A stretch of 61,113 nucleotides of DNA, counting the filler, from Stramenopiles sp. TOSAG23-3 (Eukaryota): the NCBI GenBank assembly GCA_900128585.1. It is 12 parts of 12 records of this genome, joined end to end, with 100 filler letters (N's around TTAATTAATTAA, not from the genome) between each part and the next. Parts side by side here need not be neighbours in the genome. Positions count along the whole stretch, not along the records: positions 51,043 to 56,029 come from LT643645.1; positions 56,130 to 61,113 come from LT643646.1; 10 more parts are not named here. One strand, 5' to 3'. Position numbers and translations under genes: made by a program. The notes below the pieces were generated by a model. It made no database searches, was not told where the DNA came from, and saw only the letters and a program-made list of their open reading frames with translations. Positions 54,716 through 61,113 of this stretch are shown here, in pieces (the stretch's first letter is position 1; every line of letters starts with the position of its first letter).

Positions 54716-56029
54716 TTATGAAATTGGAGCGTCTGCCAAATTACTACGACATGAACCAGCAGTAGTTAGTAATGGTTTTCCTTGCCACGTAGCAACACAT
54801 TCATCATTCGTTTTCAAATCTTTTGCCATTGCTTCCCACAATTTTTTCTTCTTCACTTGGCTTTTTGTTGCTGGAGTACCACTCAGTCCTTCAATAAATA
54901 TGCGCTCACCATTCGCTGCACCAACAGGAGGTTCCACAAATTGAACTGCGTCGCCTAGTTTTGCACATAATACCATTCCCTCACTAGTCACACCAGCTAA
55001 TTTTGCAGCTTTCAAATTTGCAACTACCAATACTTTTCGTCCTTCCATATCACTTACTTCTGGATAAAACTGTCGAAGACCTGAACTGATTGATCTCATA
55101 CCAATTTCTGCTCCTAAGTCAATTTCTTCACACCATAATTTTTCAGAATCAGGATTTGGCCAAGCCTTTGTTATCGTTCCAACACGTATGTCAATCTTTG
55201 TAAATGAATCTTGATTTGGATCAGATGCTACCTTTTGCTTTTTCTTTCCTTTATTAGCATTTTTGTCACCTTTTTGAATGAGTTTTGCAGCTTCTAGGAG
55301 AGCAGATGGTTGTTGAGGTTTATCACAACATTCTTGCTTCATATTAGTAATTATTTGTTCAATCGTTTTAACTTCTTGTCCATTTGTACCACGAGGACGA
55401 ACCGCAGCCGACTTAATTGACATCTCAGCATCGCCAACTATTAAAATATAGTTATATTGAGCTAGAGACGCCTCACGAATTTTTTTTGGAAACTGTTTTG
55501 ATGATAAATCTACGGAGACATGAAATCCAGCCATGTGTATTTTCTCCTTTACACTTCGAGCATAATCATAATGAGCTTGAGCAATAGGGACAACCATAAC
55601 TTGACGTGGGCTTAACCAAAGCGGCCATTTCCCACCATAATGCTCAGTAAGTATTGCAAACATTCGTTCAACAGACCCAAGCATTGCACGATGAACCATA
55701 ACTGGTCTTTGAAACCCAGGAGCAGCTTCAGGATTTGAATTGGGTAAATTTTTATAAACACCGCGACAAGAGGAGGATGATTCTGATTTCTTTTTTTGTT
55801 TCTTTTCTTTGGATTTTTCATTATCTGATTTTCGAATTTGTTCACCTGTACGATATTGTAAATCGAAACGAATAGGTAGATTAAAATCTAATTGTACTGT
55901 AGCACACTGATGAATTCTGTCCATACAGTCAAATACTTTAATGTCAATTTTAGGACCATAAAATGCACCATCCCCAGGGTTATCTTTCCAATTGCCTTTT
56001 CCAGCAAACTCATCTAAAGCATTTGCTAA
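54716..56029 (-). CDS. TARS: Threonyl-tRNA synthetase C-terminal part fused to an EMAPII/Trbp111-like tRNA-binding OB domain (5' truncated)
   Basis: GDGAFYGPKID, QCATVQLDFNLP.RF, PVMVHRAMLGSVERM, GKWPLWLSPRQ, anticodon domain; then DIRVGTI...PDSEKLWCEEIDLG...NLKAAKLAGVTSEGMVLCA. Confidence 0.9.
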   Translation of the reverse strand, partial: LANALDEFAGKGNWKDNPGDGAFYGPKIDIKVFDCMDRIHQCATVQLDFNLPIRFDLQYRTGEQIRKSDNEKSKEKKQKKKSESSSSCRGVYKNLPNSNPEAAPGFQRPVMVHRAMLGSVERMFAILTEHYGGKWPLWLSPRQVMVVPIAQAHYDYARSVKEKIHMAGFHVSVDLSSKQFPKKIREASLAQYNYILIVGDAEMSIKSAAVRPRGTNGQEVKTIEQIITNMKQECCDKPQQPSALLEAAKLIQKGDKNANKGKKKQKVASDPNQDSFTKIDIRVGTITKAWPNPDSEKLWCEEIDLGAEIGMRSISSGLRQFYPEVSDMEGRKVLVVANLKAAKLAGVTSEGMVLCAKLGDAVQFVEPPVGAANGERIFIEGLSGTPATKSQVKKKKLWEAMAKDLKTNDECVATWQGKPLLTTAGSCRSNLADAPIS

Positions 56030-56259
56030 NNNNNNNNNNNNNNNNNNNNNNNNNNNNNNNNNNNNNNNNNNNNTTAATTAATTAANNNNNNNNNNNNNNN
56101 NNNNNNNNNNNNNNNNNNNNNNNNNNNNNATCGGTAGATTCTGTTTCACTTGAAGGTAAGCAAAAAATTTGGCCAACTGTTTGCGAGCTGATTTTACCAC
56201 AGCGCGTTATTTGGTAAGCTATACCAATACATTTTGTACCAGTACACCTCACGGTAGTA

Positions 56260-58125
56260 ATGAAGAAACGTAATGGTTCGTTGGCAGGCCAAGGGAGGAA
56301 AGCAGCAGAACCAAACCGACCCACACAGAGATCCACCAGCAGAAAAAGCAATGCAAATCGACCAGGAAGAAAGGTTGGGGTTCGCTCGTCCAGTGGCATC
56401 AATGATATGATGATATTGGACCCTGCGGACGAGTCTGCAGTAGAAAAGGAAACCCAAAAGTGCTCGGCGGACCTCGAAGAACGTTTGTCGGAAATAACGA
56501 AGGATGAAATTGAGAACGCCGTCAAGCTGTCCAAACGCCTACGAAAACGGTGCGATTATTTCCAAGCGGCATGTAAACAAAAACAAGATAACATAGAGAA
56601 AATACGCCAAGAAATCAAAATTTTGAGGGGTTCGTCAATTGTCTCGGCCACCCACAGTTTAGAAGAGCAGAAAAAGGAATTAGATGTTCTTCTTCAAAAG
56701 TTGCAGTCGGACAATGACGGCGTAGTGGCGCGCTCGGAAATGCTCGAACACATGTACAAACGCATTAACAGGGATTTGAAGACGGTGGACAAGCAAATGA
56801 TCACTATTCAGGCCAACTTGAGAACCGTGGCAAAAAAGTACGGGGACGTCTATAATAAGCACATGAAAACGATGCAAAAGCGTGATGTTGCTGTGAAAAA
56901 TGCGGCAAGGTTGGAAGCGAAGTTGCAGAAAGGCAAGGAGCGGCAACATGCGGAATTGTTAAAAATTGATAGAGTCATCTACGAAAGTAAAGTTCAGCGA
57001 CAAAAAATTAAAGAGAGTGTCCAGAGCAAAGACAAGTCGTCCTCCAAGCGCGCTACGCTTGGGGCAATGTTTCTATCGTCTCAGCTCCAAGCGTCTTTGG
57101 TCGGGCAGAAAATAAAGGATGAGTCAGAGAAAATGGATTCACTATCGCAAGCGTTTGCGAAAATACAAAATTCTACCGGGCTTAGTGATGTCAACGAAAT
57201 CGTTCAAAAATTTCTAACCAGGGATGAGACTTACGAATCTTTGTGCAAGTCGGCGGAGACTGCCCGGACACAAATTGAAGATTTGAGAAAAGAGCACGTT
57301 ACGCTGAATTCACAGCTAAATGAATTGCAGAGTGGGGGGGGCTCCCTTGGCAATCGAGAACTTTACAAGGAAGTAGATGGGCACGAGAAAAAATTGAACG
57401 AAGCACAACGGCAATATCGCGATTGTCGCGATCGAAACATGAAACTCCAAGTACTTTTGGAAGAGTGTCGTAGCAGCATTCACAAATTTTTGACAATTTT
57501 AGATCCAGATATGGAACATGAAAAACCGGCTTTCGACGGCCTCGTTAATTCGATATCTTCCGTCGAATCCCGGGTAACGAAAATGCTGGACATGGTCGCT
57601 TCGTCGTTGAAAAACCCTCTCGCGAAGCACGGCTCAAAACTGCCGTCGTCACAGCCCACAGAAACGCCAGTTTCGTCGAAGTTAACGCCGGGGTCACAGA
57701 AAGGGGAGAAAATGTCCATTTTGGCTACTCCACAGGCCGACGAGCTTATCTTTCAAAGCATTATGCATGCAAAGCCCGACGTTACCCCGCGCAATGTGCG
57801 CGTGGAAAAACAAAAGTCCCGCCAAGGAGAGGAATCTGCGGTGGCTACTATTATGGGATATGACGTGCCAGTTCTTGCGGAGGATGAGTGGGATGCCAAT
57901 TCCATGATGACGCCGAGTTCGATCGATTCAAGTAGCGAGGAAGAGTCCGACGATGACCGGCCCGTGCACGCAAAGCATACTTTGGACAGACGGCAACTGA
58001 AGAAACACGCCAATAAAGTTATTGAGAAGCATAAGAAGTTAGAAGCCAAAGAAAAGTCCCCAGAAAAATCAAAAAGTCCAGCACGAGGGCCCCCTGGGAG
58101 GGGCGCTCCCAGGCGAATGAGGTGA
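56260..58125 (+). CDS. Outer dynein arm docking complex coiled-coil protein (ODAD1/ODAD3-like)
   Basis: Long coiled coil with AFAKIQNSTGLSDVNEIVQKFLTRDET and RNVRV motifs. Confidence 0.6.
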   Translation: MKKRNGSLAGQGRKAAEPNRPTQRSTSRKSNANRPGRKVGVRSSSGINDMMILDPADESAVEKETQKCSADLEERLSEITKDEIENAVKLSKRLRKRCDYFQAACKQKQDNIEKIRQEIKILRGSSIVSATHSLEEQKKELDVLLQKLQSDNDGVVARSEMLEHMYKRINRDLKTVDKQMITIQANLRTVAKKYGDVYNKHMKTMQKRDVAVKNAARLEAKLQKGKERQHAELLKIDRVIYESKVQRQKIKESVQSKDKSSSKRATLGAMFLSSQLQASLVGQKIKDESEKMDSLSQAFAKIQNSTGLSDVNEIVQKFLTRDETYESLCKSAETARTQIEDLRKEHVTLNSQLNELQSGGGSLGNRELYKEVDGHEKKLNEAQRQYRDCRDRNMKLQVLLEECRSSIHKFLTILDPDMEHEKPAFDGLVNSISSVESRVTKMLDMVASSLKNPLAKHGSKLPSSQPTETPVSSKLTPGSQKGEKMSILATPQADELIFQSIMHAKPDVTPRNVRVEKQKSRQGEESAVATIMGYDVPVLAEDEWDANSMMTPSSIDSSSEEESDDDRPVHAKHTLDRRQLKKHANKVIEKHKKLEAKEKSPEKSKSPARGPPGRGAPRRMR

Positions 58126-58307
58126 GCGATAAAACGACTTCGGAGAGAAAGAATTAGAGTTTTTTACGACACACATTAATTGTGTGCGCGTGGGCCCGTA
58201 AAAACATGATTTGAGGATCTTAAAAGCTTTACTGTCTTTTTACTCTTTTATTTTGAAAATTTTTACTCTTAAAATGTTTGTAAAAAAACATTTCGGTGTG
58301 GCAAATT

Positions 58308-60014
58308 TTAAACTTGCCACTCTTGGAAAAAATCGTTTCCTTTATCGTCGACAACCACGAACGCCGGGAAATTCTCCACTTCCACTTTCCAGACAGCCTC
58401 CATCCCCAATTCTGGATACTCGAGAACTTCAACGTTCTTGATGCACTTTTCCGCCAAAATTGCAGCAGGCCCCCCAATCGAGCCCAAGTAGAAGCCGCCA
58501 TGCTGTTTGCATGCCCTGGTGACTTGCCGACTTCTGTTTCCTTTGGCCAGCATAACAAAGCCTCCCCCAGCCTCCATGAAGCTTCCAACGTACGAGTCCA
58601 TACGGCCTGCCGTGGTCGGCCCAAAGGAGCCCGAAGCATACCCTTCGGGAGTCTTCGCAGGCCCAGCGTAGTAGACAATATGGTCTTGCAGGTATTGGGG
58701 CATGCCTTCCCCTGCATCAAGTCGCTCTTGGATCTTTGCGTGGGCAATGTCGCGGGCTACAACGATAGTTCCTGTCAACGAAACGCGGGAGCGGACTGGC
58801 AGTGCACTCAATGCTTCCCTAATTTTTGACATCGGCTGAGCAAGGTCGATGGAAACGACGTCCTGGCTCAAATCGTCGCCTTGCACTTCTGGAAGGTACT
58901 TGCTGGGGTCCGTTTCAAGCTGTTCCAGAAAAACGCCATCTTCGGTGATCTTTCCAAACGCTTGGCGGTCCGCAGAGCACGAAACTCCGATGCCCACGGG
59001 GCACGAAGCGCCATGCCGAGGAAGCCGAATGACGCGGACATCGTGGCAAAAGTACTTTCCACCAAACTGAGCCCCAATGCCGAGGTCCCGTGATATTTGC
59101 AGAATCTTTTCCTCCCATTCCAAATCTCTGTACCCTCGGCCATGCTCGTTCCCGCTGGTGTGCAATCCGTCCAGGTACTTTGCACTGCCGTACTTGACTG
59201 TTTTCAAGTTTTGCTCGGCCGACAACCCTCCGATCACGATCGAAAGGTGGTAAGGTGGGCACGCGGCGGTGCCTAAGCTTTTGATCTTTTCTTCAACAAA
59301 AGCAAGCAACGACTTTTCGTTCAGCAACGCCTTCGTCTGCTGGTACAAAAACGTCTTGTTGGCGCTACCTCCGCCTTTGGCCATGAACATGAAGCTGTAC
59401 TCGTTTCCCTTCGTTGCATACAGTTCGATCTGGGCGGGCAAATTGGTCTTTGTATTTTGTTCGGTGAACATATCGATCGGCGCGACTTGAGAGTAACGAA
59501 GGTTGCGCTCCGTGTACGTGTCGTAGACGCCGCGCGCCAGGTGCTCCTCGTCGTCTCCGTCGGTGATAACGTTTCCACCACGCTTTCCCACGATTATACC
59601 AGTTCCAGTGTCTTGGCAGCCAGGCAAAACCATGCCGGCGGCGACATTTGCATTTTTCAAAAGCTCAATCGCGACAAATTTGTCGTTTTCGGATGCTTCT
59701 GGGTCTGCCAGTATGTTTGAGAGCTGCTGCAAGTGTGCGGGGCGGAGCAAGTGAGCAATGTCCGTCATACCCGCGGTAGTAATGGCCGTCAGGGCTTCCG
59801 GCTCAACTTTCAGCATTTTTTTGCCGTCCAGTTCGAAAGTAGATACCCATTTTTCCGACCCTTCCAGCTTTTTGTAAGGCGTCTCTGGTTTGTTGGGAGA
59901 TTCAAACAAATCTTGGTAAAAAAATGGTTCCGCCCCACTCGAAAACGTGCGACAGGCATACGCCCGTCTCGTCGCAGTGGCGGCGGCGGTGCGCGAAAAG
60001 ATACGGTTGAGCAT
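58308..60014 (-). CDS. Class I (Fe-S) fumarate hydratase with mitochondrial presequence
   Basis: [46 protein letters not shown]; Arg/Ala/Thr-rich N-terminus [17 protein letters not shown]. Confidence 0.95.
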   Translation of the reverse strand: MLNRIFSRTAAATATRRAYACRTFSSGAEPFFYQDLFESPNKPETPYKKLEGSEKWVSTFELDGKKMLKVEPEALTAITTAGMTDIAHLLRPAHLQQLSNILADPEASENDKFVAIELLKNANVAAGMVLPGCQDTGTGIIVGKRGGNVITDGDDEEHLARGVYDTYTERNLRYSQVAPIDMFTEQNTKTNLPAQIELYATKGNEYSFMFMAKGGGSANKTFLYQQTKALLNEKSLLAFVEEKIKSLGTAACPPYHLSIVIGGLSAEQNLKTVKYGSAKYLDGLHTSGNEHGRGYRDLEWEEKILQISRDLGIGAQFGGKYFCHDVRVIRLPRHGASCPVGIGVSCSADRQAFGKITEDGVFLEQLETDPSKYLPEVQGDDLSQDVVSIDLAQPMSKIREALSALPVRSRVSLTGTIVVARDIAHAKIQERLDAGEGMPQYLQDHIVYYAGPAKTPEGYASGSFGPTTAGRMDSYVGSFMEAGGGFVMLAKGNRSRQVTRACKQHGGFYLGSIGGPAAILAEKCIKNVEVLEYPELGMEAVWKVEVENFPAFVVVDDKGNDFFQEWQV

Positions 60015-60648
60015 TGTGCACGCTTAGTATTTACGAGCGCAAAGATTGTATATTTTTTTAAGAAACACTTTTACGGTTGCATTAAACGGTTGGTACCGAC
60101 TGCTTCATAAATTCGGTGTTAAAGTCTTGACGACTATCTTACTTTCTATGTTTTTCAATATGTAGTGTTTTAAACTCCAAAGCTCATTCATTCCAACAAC
60201 AAACAAGAACGAAGAAGAAAGAAGAACGAAGAACACGATGAGTTTTTTAATAATAAAAATAAGAAGAATAAAAACTAAAAAAATAATAATTTTTTATTTT
60301 TAAATTTAAAATAAATACCCTAACTCTAACTATATATAATACACACATCCCATAATAGATTTTTACTTCCTCCATAGTATTGTGAATTATTTTTTTATTA
60401 TAATTTTTTTAAAAATGGTGGATTGTCATTGGGTGGCATTTTCATGTTATATTTTTATTCATCAGATGATTGGAAAAATCAAAGAATAAATTGCTTTGAA
60501 AAATTCTCAATAGATAAGTGAATGAACGAGAGTGCATTTTATAATTGGTCCAAAAGTGATTTTTAAATATTTGCTCCTCATCGTCGGACGATTTTGCTCG
60601 TATCGATTGTAGATTTTTATTTTCCAATCTCTTTGAAACCGCACTATC

Positions 60649-61113
60649 ATGATTTCAAATTTTCAACTTTCGATGGTCATGCTGCTTGTGGTTCTTACCG
60701 TTGCTGAAGTAGATGCTGCGAAAGGTTTTCAATCGGCAATTAACGATATTGCGGCAAAAACACAAGCAGAGCAGGAAGACAGGTGCATGGAAATCGTCAA
60801 AGCAGCACGGGCTGGAAATCTTGATTTTATCAGAGGAAAAGGTGGGATGGACATTAATTGCAAAGACAAACATGGGTACGCACCCATACACCATGCCTCC
60901 CGAAAAGGCCGCTCCAAATTTTTACAAGCCATGCTCGACATGAAAGCAGACGTGACGATGCAAAAATCAAATGGGTGGACTGCACTGCATGAAGCTGCAT
61001 ACTGGGGGCAGTACAAAGCTGTAAAGCTGTTGTTGAAAGCGGGAAGTGATCCAAACGCCCGAAGCAAAGATGGACAAGTACCGCTTCACGTTGCCGCTCA
61101 AAGTCAATCAAAG
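60649..61113 (+). CDS. Ankyrin-repeat protein with signal peptide (3' truncated; missing from the ORF track)
   Basis: Hand translation: MISNFQLSMVMLLVVLTVAEVDA... GYAPIHHASRKG, GWTALHEAAYWG, GQVPLHVAAQ; open to the window end. Confidence 0.85.
   Translation, partial: MISNFQLSMVMLLVVLTVAEVDAAKGFQSAINDIAAKTQAEQEDRCMEIVKAARAGNLDFIRGKGGMDINCKDKHGYAPIHHASRKGRSKFLQAMLDMKADVTMQKSNGWTALHEAAYWGQYKAVKLLLKAGSDPNARSKDGQVPLHVAAQSQSK

Noticed and set aside
58308-60014. Bacterial contamination or recent HGT of a fumA-like gene
   Set aside because: Has a mitochondrial presequence and eukaryotic neighbours; class I fumarases are known in several protist lineages.

Overview
This window is not one locus. It is 12 unrelated, size-sorted contigs of about 5.0 kb (5021 down to 4984 bp) joined by 100-bp N-TTAATTAATTAA-N linkers, so neighbourhood across linkers means nothing. 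Most contigs come from an intron-poor, flagellated microbial eukaryote, plausibly a heterotrophic stramenopile SAG/MAG. They carry CLASP, DNase II, a dynein heavy chain, a Qc-SNARE, mitoferrin, a HECT E3, CCDC86, ThrRS, an ODA docking subunit, a class I fumarase and an ankyrin protein. Three contigs stand out. (1) 15359-20370 is a tyrosine-recombinase (DIRS-order, Ngaro-like) retrotransposon whose three ORFs look joined by two recoding signals: an in-frame UGA-CAG between gag and pol, and tandem slippery heptamers (C_CCA_AAU/A_AAU_UUC) placed to shift pol -1 into the integrase frame, which has no ATG near its start. (2) 25577-30572 is a giant-virus-like contig with a PolB N-terminus, a six-C2H2-finger PD-(D/E)XK nuclease (a natural zinc-finger-nuclease architecture), an MgsA-C/kinase-like protein, a PDZ protease, repeated CTACGACC motifs and a 19-bp hairpin. 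(3) 10985-15076 encodes a secreted protein with 14 RCC1-like blades that vary at fixed positions. Other oddities: a ThrRS fused to an EMAPII/Trbp-like domain, a dynein with an altered AAA1 Walker B, and a homologue of a plant uncharacterised family with PAN/apple inserts. Two contigs end in exact 79-bp inverted repeats, probably assembly or MDA artefacts. All family calls are motif recognition by eye; no searches were run.
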